Shown here: positions 37,577 through 49,664 of the stretch, in pieces | How the letters are laid out: each line of letters opens with the position of its first letter | Numbering within the stretch: position 1 is the stretch's first letter | Assembly: GCA_951406725.2 (NCBI GenBank) | Contig: OX597817.1 | Coordinates: 155,248,001 to 155,312,000, forward strand | Length of the DNA stretch: 64,000 bases | Source: Octopus vulgaris | Taxonomy: Eukaryota | Direction: 5' to 3' | Program-made: the position numbers and the translations under genes | The notes under the pieces: generated by a model | Told to the model about the DNA's origin: nothing | The model's input: only the letters and a program-made list of their open reading frames with translations | Database searches by the model: none

Positions 37577-38158
37577 TGCTGTCTGGAGATATCTTATGGT
37601 AGTAGAATAATATTTAACTGTTATTTCTAAATTTTGGTATGTGCTGAAGCAATTTTGCTAAACCCTAATTATAATTATGTTTATAATTATAAAAATTTTT
37701 GTATAAGTTTACCAATGGTTCTTTTAACATACTGAAGTACTTTGGTAAGATTATTGATTATAAATTGATTAATTAATTTTACCCTTTATTATTATTGATT
37801 ATACATATAATAGTGTAATTCCATGCCCAAATCAAAGTTGGATGAAGAATTGCATAAATGCATACAGACAAATCAAAAAGTCTCAAGCTGATAAGATGAC
37901 AGTTCACAATAATCCAAAAGGGAGGTCGTCAAATGAATCCAATAAATATGAAAGAATGTTATGGCCGTTTCTGGGAATGTGCGAAGAAATGTGTAGGTAG
38001 ATCCTTTTCAACTTGAGTAATCCACATTTCCTTCGTCAGAGAATACACATTTGACTGTAGCTATGCTAGGATGGGCATTTTTCTGTCTACCAAATCCATT
38101 CAAAAGGATTTAGTCTGCTTGAGGCTATAGTAGAAGACACTCACCCAAGATGCCTATA

Positions 38159-38202
<44 letters not shown>

Positions 38203-38206
<4 letters not shown>

Positions 38207-38755
38207 TGGCTGCCCCCTCGTTATCGCGTATGGCCATTGCACAAAGCTTAATCAATGTTGTTATCGTGCAATGCCTGTGCAAGAAGATTTTTTTTAAAGT
38301 GAGGAAAAGCTGTGCACTGAATCAATCCCACTCACTAAGCAACAGCAGCCATAATCCGAAAAGAAGAACAAGTCAACATCATCGGTAACCACTGAGCCGC
38401 AGGTTTTATGTCGGAGTTATCCCAGTTACCTGAGTTACCTTCTCCTAGAAGGATGCCCTGACAAAGGCTAGGAGTCCTTCACTCCCAATGGTTTAACCGC
38501 GCAATCGGGTATTCAGTCCGATTATTTCTATGTCCCCGCACATGATACAGCCTTAAGACATTTATTGAATGGCCGTTGAATCTCAAGTGTTCCTTCGTCC
38601 TTTGGCCGGTTTTGTTTTTTATCCCGCAGGGTGTCCAATAAACACCCTCCTCACCAAGCAATCTTGGTGGGGTTGCTGGTTTAGTCGCCGACGACCTGAC
38701 CATGCAACAGGTTGTACTGGGTTACATGTTACCAGTAGCACTCGAAAGTGACCTG

Positions 38756-38757
<2 letters not shown>
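38203..38757. mobile_element. Unclassified retroposon-like repeat in (TA)n (possibly non-autonomous RTE)
   Basis: ccatgcaacaggttgtactgggttacatgttaccagtag is related to 46399-46470. Confidence 0.45.
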
Positions 38758-38800
<43 letters not shown>

Positions 38801-38890
38801 TTTGATTTTGATTTTGATTTTTCCAGTTTCAGCTTATGAGCTGTGGCCATGCTGGGGCACCGCCATTTGGTGTTGCTACTTGGTTTCACT

Positions 38891-41800
38891 TCATGAAGGC
38901 TTTCTAGCAGCTGCTATTTGGTGCAAGAGAGAGTTCGATGCAGCTGCCCACATCTGCCCCTCCTGCCGTGAAGTTGGTTCATCTGGGACACCTGACAGGA
39001 AGAGATCCAGCTTCATTTTAAAGACATCTGTATCCACCCCATGCAGGTCTCTCAGGTTCTTCGGGAGGATATTGAAGAGCTGTGGGCCTCGGAAGCCCAG
39101 GCTATCACAGAATCTTGTCCTATATCTTGATGGCAAGTTTGGAGTCCTAGGCACCACGCAGTGGCGCCCAGTTCTGGCATTTGCGTAACTCTCGATGCCA
39201 AAGTTCAGGACACTTCCCTCCAGGATCTTCCAGATGTATATTATGGCATATCTTTCCTGCCTACGCTCCAGGGAATATAATTTTAATTTCCTGAGTCTTT
39301 CCCAGTAGCTTACATTCTGCATAGAGGCTATCTTCTTCGTGTAGCTACGTTGGATCGCCTTGAGCTCTGTGATCAACTTGACACTGGATGGTGACCATAA
39401 GTGAGAGCAGTAGTCAAAGTGGCTTAGGACAAGTGTCCTCCAGAGGACCATCATGGTTTCTTGTTCTCTTGTTCTAAAGGTTCTGAGGATCCATCCGGCC
39501 AGTCGTCTACATTTCATTGCCAATTTAGCAACATGTACATGAAAGGTCGCGTCATCACTCATGTAAATACCTAGGTCACGCACTGATTGTGCCTCTGGGA
39601 TTGCTATTCCTCCGGGTCCAGTGTATTCATTGGGTATTGCATTTAGTTTTGCATGCTGATAGTATAGAGCTTGAAACTTTTCAGCATTGAACTGCATGCT
39701 ATTCTTTTCGGCCCACTTGTATATTTTGTCTAGCTCACATTGCAGGTGTTTATTGTCCTCAGGGTTCTGTATTGCCTGTGAAACTTTTGTATCATCTGCA
39801 TAACTTGTGATCGTGGCTCTCTGCGTGGCTGAGGGCATGTCTGAGAGGGCCATTATGAACAGTAGTGGTCCCAGAACAGTGCCCTGCGGAACACCGCTCA
39901 CTATTTGCGTGTTAATGGAAGTGGCCCCATTGGCCACTACCACCTGACTTCTATCTTTCAGAAAGTCATGAAGCCATTCTCCCAGTTTTCCAACTATGTT
40001 GAGATCACGCAGTTTGTGACATATCATTCCATGATCGACTTTATCAAAGGCCTTTGCAAAGTCGAGATATATGACTTCCACATTTGAGTGGTTGAGCAGC
40101 CGTTTCAGCACCCAGTCATAGTGTTGTAGGAGCTGAGTTAAACAGCTTCTCCCTGGTCGGAAACCATGTTGGGTGTCGGGCAGCAAGTCATTTTCTTCAA
40201 GGAAGGTGATCAGCTTCCTTCTGACTATTCGTTCCATGACCTTGCTGATGTATGAGGTCAGAGAGATAGGTCTATAGTTCTTGGCTTCCGCTCTGCTACC
40301 TCCTTTATGAATGGGGCATATTTTACCTTCCTTCAGTTTTCTTGGAAGTTTGCCAGCTGCAAGGAAGCTCTGAAAGAGGAACTGCAGTGGTCTTGCTAGG
40401 ACTCTCCTACATGCTTTTAAGAGGATTGCCAGGAATCCATCGGGGCCAGTAGCTGAGTCTGTTTTCATTTCATCTATAGCCCTGATTACGTCGTCTTCCT
40501 TTATATCGATGTAATCTATCGTCGCCGCCTCTGATTTTATATCTGCAGTGGTAAAAAAGTCAGTTGGATTGGTGATTTGGAGATGCCCAAGGGGTGGAGT
40601 GAAAACACTCTTGAATTGCTCATTCAGTATTTCACTTACCCTCATTGGTTTTCCTGTAAGTGTGCCATCCCTTTCGAGGAGCGGCCCTATTCTACAGTGC
40701 ACCGTAGCTGTTTCTTTGGCATACCTGCAGAAAGCTCTGGGGTTAGATTTTATGTTGTCTATAGCCCAGGCTTCTTTGTCTGCTCTTTCCTTTTCATGGG
40801 AGAGTTTCAGACACTTTTCGATTTCCAACAGTTTTATTTTTAGGCGGGACTTTTCACTGCTTTCAATCTGTTTGTTTAGGCGATTTGAAAATTTTGTACG
40901 CCGTCTCATTAGAATTTTCCTCTCTCTGGGGATTTTGTTCTTGTGTACAGTGGCCTTTCTCTCTGGGACATATTTGTAGCATATGGCTTGCATTACAGAC
41001 ATGAATTGTTGAAGTTTCACGTCAATGTCTGGCGAGGAGAGACATTTAGGCCAGTTTTGTTTGAGGATCTCTTTCTCAATTTGTTTCCAGTTTGCCTTAT
41101 GGTAGTTCAAGCTGGAAAGATTCTGGGGGTTTCTTGTAGGCTGCATGTCCGTGCTCTCTTTTGGCCCGTACATGGTCAGCTCTATCATGTTGTGATCCGA
41201 GAGTAGTGTCGGTGTCACTTTCACATTATGGATGAGATCCATGTCATTTGTGAAGCAGAGATCCAGTGTGTTACCTGCCCTGGTTGGTTGGAGTATTACC
41301 TGCTCCATGTACAGGGTGTTGATGAGGTTCAGGAGGGACCTCGCCTGTCCTCGTTCACATCTTGTCATTCCTGGGAGAGAAAGGCCCTCGGGCCATCTGA
41401 CATTTGGCAGATTGAAGTCTCCCATAAGAAGTACACTTATGTGTTGTTCTAATGTGGTTAGAACTTCTTCTATTTTTATAAGGCAGTCTTCAAACTTGCC
41501 CACATGGCTTGGGGCATCTGGAGGGCGGTATGTAGCACACACAACTACATCAAGTTGCCTAATATGTACAATTAGTGTGTCACACACCGAGTTTGAGTAT
41601 GGCAAGAGGACCTGGGGTGTGAGGTCCTCACGGATGTACATAGCAACACCTCCATGACTCCTTTCTTTCCTGTCGGTCCGTAGTACAGCATACTGTGGTA
41701 TGTGTAACTCCGCATCTGCTATATCCGGTTTCAGGTGCGTTTCCGTTAGTGCTATGCATAAGGCTTGATTGCATGCAACAAAATCTCTCAGGAACGGGAT

Positions 41801-41998
41801 TTTTGTCCTGTTACTGAGTGTTTGCAGTCCTCTGATGTTCAGTAGGAGCATCGAGGTGAGGTGTACGTTGTTGCCGGTGGTGTCCATCCTGGGTCTGTTT
41901 GCTGTGGTGGTGGTCTGGTATATAGTGGGTAGTCCCACCTGCGGGCTTGGGTTTGATGAAGCCAGGTCAGCTGCTGTACAATCTTTTGTGCCATGCAC
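38891..41998 (-). CDS. LINE ORF2: AP endonuclease plus reverse transcriptase (first ATG at 41887)
   Basis: EN motifs LNIRGL, LTETHL, YRPP, GDFN, LDL, SDH; RT motifs YRPISL, QHGFR, YLDFAKAFD, GVPQGTVLGP, YADD; C-terminal LYSLERR; no stops in 1035 codons. Confidence 0.95.
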   Translation of the reverse strand: MHGTKDCTAADLASSNPSPQVGLPTIYQTTTTANRPRMDTTGNNVHLTSMLLLNIRGLQTLSNRTKIPFLRDFVACNQALCIALTETHLKPDIADAELHIPQYAVLRTDRKERSHGGVAMYIREDLTPQVLLPYSNSVCDTLIVHIRQLDVVVCATYRPPDAPSHVGKFEDCLIKIEEVLTTLEQHISVLLMGDFNLPNVRWPEGLSLPGMTRCERGQARSLLNLINTLYMEQVILQPTRAGNTLDLCFTNDMDLIHNVKVTPTLLSDHNMIELTMYGPKESTDMQPTRNPQNLSSLNYHKANWKQIEKEILKQNWPKCLSSPDIDVKLQQFMSVMQAICYKYVPERKATVHKNKIPRERKILMRRRTKFSNRLNKQIESSEKSRLKIKLLEIEKCLKLSHEKERADKEAWAIDNIKSNPRAFCRYAKETATVHCRIGPLLERDGTLTGKPMRVSEILNEQFKSVFTPPLGHLQITNPTDFFTTADIKSEAATIDYIDIKEDDVIRAIDEMKTDSATGPDGFLAILLKACRRVLARPLQFLFQSFLAAGKLPRKLKEGKICPIHKGGSRAEAKNYRPISLTSYISKVMERIVRRKLITFLEENDLLPDTQHGFRPGRSCLTQLLQHYDWVLKRLLNHSNVEVIYLDFAKAFDKVDHGMICHKLRDLNIVGKLGEWLHDFLKDRSQVVVANGATSINTQIVSGVPQGTVLGPLLFIMALSDMPSATQRATITSYADDTKVSQAIQNPEDNKHLQCELDKIYKWAEKNSMQFNAEKFQALYYQHAKLNAIPNEYTGPGGIAIPEAQSVRDLGIYMSDDATFHVHVAKLAMKCRRLAGWILRTFRTREQETMMVLWRTLVLSHFDYCSHLWSPSSVKLITELKAIQRSYTKKIASMQNVSYWERLRKLKLYSLERRQERYAIIYIWKILEGSVLNFGIESYANARTGRHCVVPRTPNLPSRYRTRFCDSLGFRGPQLFNILPKNLRDLHGVDTDVFKMKLDLFLSGVPDEPTSRQEGQMWAAASNSLLHQIAAARKPS

Positions 41999-42066
41999 AA
42001 AAAAGATTGTTGCTCAGCAGCTGCCCTTTCGACAACATCATGTTGGTGGTTTGTGGCACGCACAAC
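41839..42066 (-). CDS. Probable C-terminal remnant of LINE ORF1 overlapping ORF2
   Basis: Open frame from the truncation point (VVRATNH..QQSFLCMAQKIVQQL..RCSY*) ending inside the start of ORF2. Confidence 0.5.
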   Translation of the reverse strand, partial: VVRATNHQHDVVERAAAEQQSFLCMAQKIVQQLTWLHQTQARRWDYPLYTRPPPQQTDPGWTPPATTYTSPRCSY

Positions 42067-42527
42067 ATATATATATATATATATCATCATCATCATCATC
42101 ATCATTATTTAGCGTCCGTTTTCCTAAATGATGATGATGATGATGATGATATATATATATATGTATGTCAGGTCACAAATATATATATATATATACATAC
42201 ATACATACATACACGCATGCATGCATACACACACACACACACCTATAAGACAAGTGGACAAATGAAAGAAATGGTACTCAACACATTTGGTAGACACTGG
42301 AATGACATAAGTGACCGAGTCCTGTCTACAATATTCCCATCATCATCCAATGACTGGATGCACTATTCAACAGTTTTGTATAAATAAAAGATGGATTTGA
42401 ATATGCCCCAAGCATATTAGAATTGGTAACAATTTTGCCTACATATATACATACACACATGCATGCACACACATACACACACAAATATATACATGTATGT
42501 ATATGTATATTTTCATATGAGCATATA

Positions 42528-42737
42528 TTCTTTTATTCATTTACTTGTTTCCTTCATTTGACTGTGGCTATGCTGGAGCACCACCTTTAGTCAAACAAAT
42601 TGACCACAGGACTTATTCTTTGTAAACCCAGGACTTATTCTATCAGTCTTTTTTGCCGAACTGCATCAGTTGTCAAGCGATGATCAGGGGGTGGCAAACA
42701 CAGACACAAAGACACACACACAGATATATACATATAC

Positions 42738-42773
<36 letters not shown>

Positions 42774-42935
42774 GACGGGCTTCTTCCAGTTTCCATATAC
42801 CGAATCTACTCACAAGGCTTTCATTGGCTTGAGGCTATAGTAGAAGACATTTGCCGAAAGTGCTACACTGTGGGATTGAACCAGGAAGCATATGGTTGGG
42901 AAGTAAGCTTCTTACCACACAGCCACGCCTGCACC
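42528..42935 (-). mobile_element. SINE family A
   Basis: Tail, body and head motifs present. Confidence 0.85.
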
Positions 42936-43062
42936 TCCACCACACAGGCATGCCTATGCACATTTATTTGTATGTATATATATATACATATATGTATGTA
43001 TGTATATGCATGCATTTTTATGATGGCCCACATTTGCTTATATGCATAGGTCTAAAATAATA

Positions 43063-43283
43063 TCTCTTTTACTCTTTACTCTTTTACTTGTTTCAGTCAT
43101 TTGACTGCGGCCATGCTGGAGCACCGCCTTTAATCGAGCAACTCAACCCTGGGACTTATTCTTTGTAAGCCCAGTACTTATTCTATCGGTCTCTTTTGCC
43201 AAACCGCTAAGTGATGGGGACATAAACACACCAGCATCGGTTGTCAAGCAATGCTAGGTGGACAAACACAGACACACACATGC

Positions 43284-43316
<33 letters not shown>

Positions 43317-43472
43317 TACGACGGGCTTCTTTCAGTTTCCGTCTACCAAATCCACTCAGAAGGCTTTGGTTGGCCTGTGGCTATAGTAGAAGACACTTGC
43401 CCAAGGTGCCACGCAGTGGGACTAAACCCGGAACTATATGGTTGGTAAACAAGCTACTTACCACACAGCCAC
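43063..43472 (-). mobile_element. SINE family A
   Basis: Near-consensus copy. Confidence 0.9.
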
Positions 43473-43939
43473 TTCAAAATATATATATTTTTACAAAGAA
43501 TCACACTTGAAACTGAATAGAATTCCCCTTCAGATATTTATAGTAATATAGACCATAACCTTTACCTCAAACACAAGTCAAATTTTTTAAATAATAATCA
43601 AATAATGTCAACAACAATTAAACCCCAATTAGACATAAGTTGACCTACTAACCTACATATGGTACAAAAGTATATAAAAAAAAAACAACAGGACAGGGAA
43701 AAGAAAAGCTAAACAAACAGGGAGTGTTAGGTTGACAATCAGGAAAATTGGAAGACTGTTTATAATGTTTTGAGCATTTGCCCCTCTGCAGAAAGAACAG
43801 ATGAGAAGAGGGAGAAAAACAAACAGAAAAACAAATTGAATGTGTCTAAATTACACGGTCACATATGTGTGTGTGTGTGTGTGTATTGTTTATGATATAT
43901 ACGTACTTATATGCCTATATATACTTTTATATATGTATA

Positions 43940-44926
43940 TATATGATGGGCTTCTTTCAGTTTCTATCTACCAAATCCACTCAAAAGGTTTTGGGCAGCC
44001 TAAGACTATAGTAGAAAAACTTGCCCAAGATGCCACGCAGTGGAACTGAACCCAGAACTATGTGGTTGGGAAGCAAGCATCTTAGCTTGCAGCTATGCCA
44101 GTGCCTTTATAATTAAGCAATCAAGTAATATAGTGCTCAATAACAAAAGCAGAATGTTACAACACAATAAAATATATATAAGTGTATGCTTATGTGTATA
44201 TAAATCTATATAAACATGACAGGCTTTTTTGATTCTTTCAAGTAAATCTACACACAAGGAGGTGGTCAGCCCAGGGTTGTAGTAGAAGGTGTCTTGCAGC
44301 ATGACTGGAATCAAAATCATGTGGCTTGAAAGCAAACTTCTTAACCACATGGCCATTTATTACATGATCATGTGACCAACCAGGCTATCAGATGTTGTTA
44401 CACATCGCTAGTCACAATGCACTTTTGCATTGTTTCAGCTTTCAAATGACACCACCCTGCCAGCTACGTGAGCAGGCTGACATTCCCCACTGATTAAAAG
44501 GGGGATTGGGGCAACATGAAATGAAGTGTTTTGCTCAAAAACACATCATGCACCCAGTCCAGGAATTGAACCCATGATCAAATGAAGGCCATGCACCTTC
44601 ACACACATACACATTATATTATCACGTGACCACGTGACCGACCAGACCATCAGATGTAGTTACACATCGCTGGTCACAATGTGTTCGCATTGTTTTAGCC
44701 TTCGAATGACGCCACCCTGCTGGCTAAGTGAGCAGGCCAACAGAAGAAAGAGTGGGAGAAAGAGTGGTGAAAGAGTACAGCAGGGATCACCACCCCCTGC
44801 CGGAGCCTCGTGGAGCTTTTAGGTGTTTTCGCTCAATAAACACTCACAACGCCCGGTCTGGGAATCGAAACCGCGATCCTGCGACCGCGAGTCCGCTGCC
44901 CTAACCACTAGGCCATTGCACCTCCA
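43940..44926 (-). mobile_element. Cluster of SINE fragments (family A heads; family B-related short variants at 44364-44600 and 44620-44926)
   Basis: cacgtgaccgaccagaccatcagatg... tail joined to the family B head. Confidence 0.7.
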
Positions 44927-45086
44927 CACATTATATTATATAATACTATATTACATTGTTATATCATATTACATCATATTATATTAAATTATGAATTAAG
45001 AGCAGCTCTAGTAATGTAGACACTATTAGTCACACATATATCATGTATGTGGTTTGTTTATACACCAAATTTGTTGTGGGATAGCG

Positions 45087-45217
45087 TGAAAAAATTAATA
45101 GGAATGGCTTTTTTTGATAATTTTTCCACTTCAATAATTACATGTTTATGATTCATAAACATCCAATTATTGAAGTGGAAAAATTATCAGAAAAGCCATT
45201 CCTATTCATTTTTGTCA
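45087..45217. repeat. ~130-bp near-perfect palindrome
   Basis: Arms 45087-45151 and 45153-45217, centre atgaTtcat. Confidence 0.85.
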
Positions 45218-45294
45218 AATATATATGTGTGTGTGTGTCTGTACATATACACACAGGCAGGCACACACACACACACAAGCATGCACACATGTAT

Positions 45295-45676
45295 ATAGGA
45301 GCACTCCGTCGGTTACGACGATGAGGGTCCCAGCTGATACGATCAACGGAACAGCTTGCTCATGGAATTAACGTGCAAGTGGCTGAGCATTCCACAGACA
45401 TGTGTACCCTTAACGTAGTTCTCGAGGAGATTCAGCGTGACACAGAGTGTGACAAGGCTGGCCCTTTGAAATACAGATACAACAGAAACAGGAAGTAAGA
45501 GTGAGAGAAAGTTGTGGTGAAAGAGTACAGCAGGGTTCACCACCACCCCCTGCAGGAGCCTTGTGAAGCTTTAGGTGTTTTCGCTCAATAAACACTCACA
45601 ATGCCTGGTCTGGGAATCGAAACCGCGATCCTACGACCGCGAGTCTGCTGCCCTAACCGCTGGGCCATTGTGCCTC
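45295..45676 (-). mobile_element. SINE family B
   Basis: TSD catgcacacatgta. Confidence 0.9.
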
Positions 45677-45715
45677 CATGCACACATGTAAGTCAGCTTG
45701 TAGATGTGTATTACC

Positions 45716-45950
45716 TATTTCTTTACTACCCACAAGGGGCTAAACACAGAGAGGACAAACAAGGACAGACAAACGGATTAAGTCGATTATATCGACCCCA
45801 GTGCGTCACTGGTACTTATTTAATCGACCCCGAAAGGATGAAAGGCGAAGTCGACCTCGGCAGAATTTGAACTCAGAACGTAACGTCAGACGAAGTACCA
45901 CTAAGCATTTCGCCTGGCGTGCTAACGTTTCTGCCAGCTCACCGCCTTCA
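45716..45950 (-). mobile_element. SINE family C
   Basis: 12-bp TSD atgtgtattacc. Confidence 0.9.
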
Positions 45951-47030
45951 ATGTGTATTACCATCACTGACAAAGCAATGCTTGTGTAAATAAGACTTGC
46001 ACAACTCACAGACCCTCTTCGCCCTACTGACATGATCCTGAGAAAAACTGAAGCAAGATATCTAGTGCCAATATGGGTTGCACACTAGGGATATGTGGGT
46101 GTGCCATGATTTTAAGCACAAACAAAAAGTACCCAAAATGTCCATGTCATACCATGCATATCCAGTTTTTTTTTATATCAGAGTGACTTTCTCCTAGGGA
46201 CATGCTTTAAAAAAAAGCTGAGGGGTACCTCACTCCTAGTGGTCTTCAAGCATACTGGATGCCAACCCAGAATTTCTGAGTGCCTACCGGTTCATTTGTC
46301 CTTTTGACAGGTCTTGTTTTTAGTCCCGCTGGGTTTCTAGCCACCCTCTTCTCCAGGCTAGCCTAGTGGGGATGCTGGTTTACTTGCCAACAACCCGTCC
46401 ATGCAACAAGCTCTACTGGATTCCATGTTACCAGTAGTCCTCATGAGAGACCTCACAAGTGACTTGACACATATATACACACACATCCACACATATGAGA
46501 ATGCATAGACATATATACTTAAATATATATATATGTGTCTGTGTTTATGTATGCACACAGCATTAATAAGATATCAAAGAAAAATTTAGCTAGCCATGTA
46601 TACATAATTAATACTAATTAACGCTATTGAAATGAAAGACTGTTACTTCAAACATATTTGTATATATCTCATATGGTCTATGTGGGTTGTATTAAGTGAA
46701 CAATGCCCTACAGCAATATAAGTTATCCCAGATAAGCCAACCTCGCTTTTCTATATGCTACATTTAGTGCAGATGGTAGGAGCAGCCATACTGATGGGGT
46801 CTTGATGAAAAGCAAATGTCTGGTAATCTAAAATTGGTTATTCATTACTTTGTAGGTAAGGTTTTTAAATCAAAGCCTAAAAGGTGTAGTAACCTTCCCC
46901 ATAACATTTGGTGAGTCATGCATTTAAGGAGATATGACCCTTCAACTGTGACATGTATGGCCCACCAGCACAAACATGTTCTGAAGTCCAGTAATTAGTA
47001 CTTATTCAAGAGTAAAATGATAATGCTTAA

Positions 47031-47251
47031 CCCTTTCATTACCAACCCAGCTGAAACCACCTCTGGCTCTGTAGTACAAATGTCTTGTTTTCATAAGTTT
47101 TGAATTAAAATCTTCCACCAAATCTTAGTCACAATTTATGTTCCTAACACTAGCTTAATGATAACTAAGTTATTTTACTAAATTCTTCGTTATATTTAAA
47201 ATAAATGAAAGTAACACAGAGTATCTCAAAATAAGTATGGTAACAAAAGGG
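47031..47251. mobile_element. piggyBac-type MITE, family 2
   Basis: TTAA|CCCTTTC...AAAAGGG|TTAA. Confidence 0.85.
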
Positions 47252-47379
47252 TTAATGGTTGGGTGTTGGGCCAGCAACAGAATACTGTAACAAAATAAAA
47301 CTCAAAGAAATTTTGAGAATTAACATTCTAGAAAGCAAGAATAAAAGAGAGATGGTAGCTGTGAGTTGGAATTGAGCCA

Positions 47380-49640
47380 GATCCCAAAGGAAGTCCAATG
47401 CCTAATAGGTAGGATCATCAATGCTAAATACATTACAAAAATTAGGATGCGGTATGCATACAGTCTATCCTATGTAGTAAAGATAACTACGTTCCGAAAG
47501 AAATGAAACAGTACTGTCCAAATATCTTTGGGAATTAGTAAAGTATGATGGACAGGATAAAAATAGCTGACAAGAAGATTATCATGTCCATGGAGTTGGT
47601 ATTGTATAAACTAAAGAAGTAACATAAGCATTGGTAGAATGGAAACCAGTCAGTGATCAAATTATAATAGCTAGATTGTAAAGTCAATTCAATACAAATC
47701 TATGCACTAACTGGAACTGATACTGATGTTTTTTTGTTGTTATTTTGTTTTTATAATCAGTTGCAAATAGTCATAGAGAATGTAATGAGTTAAGATATCA
47801 AGTTATTAACTGGAGATTTGTGTGCTAAACAGGAGGAAAAGAGAAGTGAAGTAGAATCTTACATCTTACCCACAAAGGTCTACAGAAATGATCAATGGAA
47901 ATGGAGAGCGGCTACTGTTACTAAATAGTCTCTATAACTCAAACAATGGGAATAATTTTTTCAGACATAAAAACATCCATAAGATAATCAGAACATCTTC
48001 AAATACCAGTACCAGAAATGGAATCAATTAACTTCCATAACTTGTTATAGAAAAAGTCCAGTTGATGCTTAAAGAGAACAAAAGGGTCAAATCAGCAGAT
48101 GATATGCAACTGAGAACCTGAAAGAACCAGTTGTAGCAGAAAGGTTTCATGTGAAGGAAAGAAATTAGCTGCAGGTTTTAAATACAAGAGCAAGAAAAGA
48201 AATACTGAAGAGCAATGAAAAGGATTTATTCAGACCATCAATGCTAGTAAGTTGCACAACAAATAATTGGCAGGAAAAGACATAGCAAAGAGGGGGCAAT
48301 AGATATCAGTAGAATCATTGAATATGACAGATTGAGAGGAAAGATACAAAAATCAACATAAAAGGGGACCCAACCAGAATCTTGGAAGAGTGGAGAGTTG
48401 AAGATTAAAACGACATACTTCTGGATAAAAGATGAATTGAAGTTGCAGGAGAGACAAGAGGGGTCAGCGGTGAGCTAAAGCACAGAGAGCAGCAGATATG
48501 TGGCTAAAAATAACACTGTTATAAGACAGACAAAAATATCTATCGATAGGAAAAGTATTACCAATCAGGAGCAAAGATGACTGCATCCTAATGATTGGTG
48601 AAGCTCAAACCTAGAGACTTTTAAGGGAAGTAATCAATCAGTCACCACCACTGCCACTGTCACCACCACCACAGTTGCTGCTGTTACCACTGGCCTCCAC
48701 CACCCAGTCCTTTTAATTTTGAACAAGAAATGGATGTCACTCAATTGAATGTGTCACTGAAAGACACAACAGAACAAGTCCTTACAGTCATTAAATACTA
48801 AAGTAGTGGCTCTCAATCATTTTTCACCTATGGACCCCCCTTGATTCCTGCTTTACTTGGATGGACCCTAATAACCATTTGACATTTAAGAAAACCTATT
48901 ATATTTTTATAATTAAATATCATCAGATTTTGTATTAAATTTGTCAAAATATTTTGTGTATTGCAGAAGTGTATCCAATTTATTGGGCATAAACTTGAAC
49001 AACAAAATCTTATGTGGACCCCCAAAGGTCATATGAACCCTTGTTGTTCAGAACCACTACACAAAAAGGAATAACAAGGCAGTTGGACATGATCATATCC
49101 CAGCTGAAATGTTGAAACATGGGCAGGAAATTTTGCACAGGAACTTGTCTATCTTTTCAAAATGATATGCTATACAGAACAGTGCCCAGATGATGGGGAG
49201 ACGAGAAGTTATTCTGACTGTACTAAAGAAATGATACCTCCTCAGAGCTTGTAACATTTAATGAGGTATCATATTGCTTTTGATTTCAAGGAAAAATGTT
49301 TAGTACATCAGTCCTCAATAGACTAAGACAAAAACTAACCCACAACCTCCATAAACAGTAGGCTGACTTTCCTAACAAGTACAGAACAAATTTTCAACTG
49401 TATAGAACAGTATTGTGAATTTCATATACCTCTAGTTATCAGTTGCATTGACCCACAAACTTTAAGATGACCTTTAGCAGAATTCATCATGGATTACAGT
49501 AAGAGATTGTACAAATCAACAGCATCCATGAAAAATTTATCAACAACTTCACATCCTTCTATTAACATTCTTTTCATTGTATCAGAACAAGATGAGAATC
49601 TAGAGTTATTTGACACTATGTCAGTGTCCACCAAGACTTT
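47380..49640 (+). pseudogene. Degraded RTE-clade LINE (EN plus partial RT), interrupted by a hAT MITE at 48803-49059
   Basis: Fragments HGVGIV, ALVEWKPVSDQIIIARL, IQIYALT, FYNQLQ, LTGDL and KAVGHDHIPAEMLK with many stops and frameshifts. Confidence 0.75.
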
Positions 49641-49664
49641 TCCTTTTAATAATTGATTCAGATG

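Larger units (their letters stand above)
38798..42066 (-). mobile_element. CR1-group non-LTR retrotransposon, 5'-truncated within ORF1, inserted in (TA)n
   Basis: Intact EN-RT ORF, short 3' UTR, (AAAATC)n tail, (TA)n on both sides. Confidence 0.95.

Noticed and set aside
40548-42131. Plus-strand ORFs of 120-143 aa
   Set aside because: Antisense shadows of LINE ORF2
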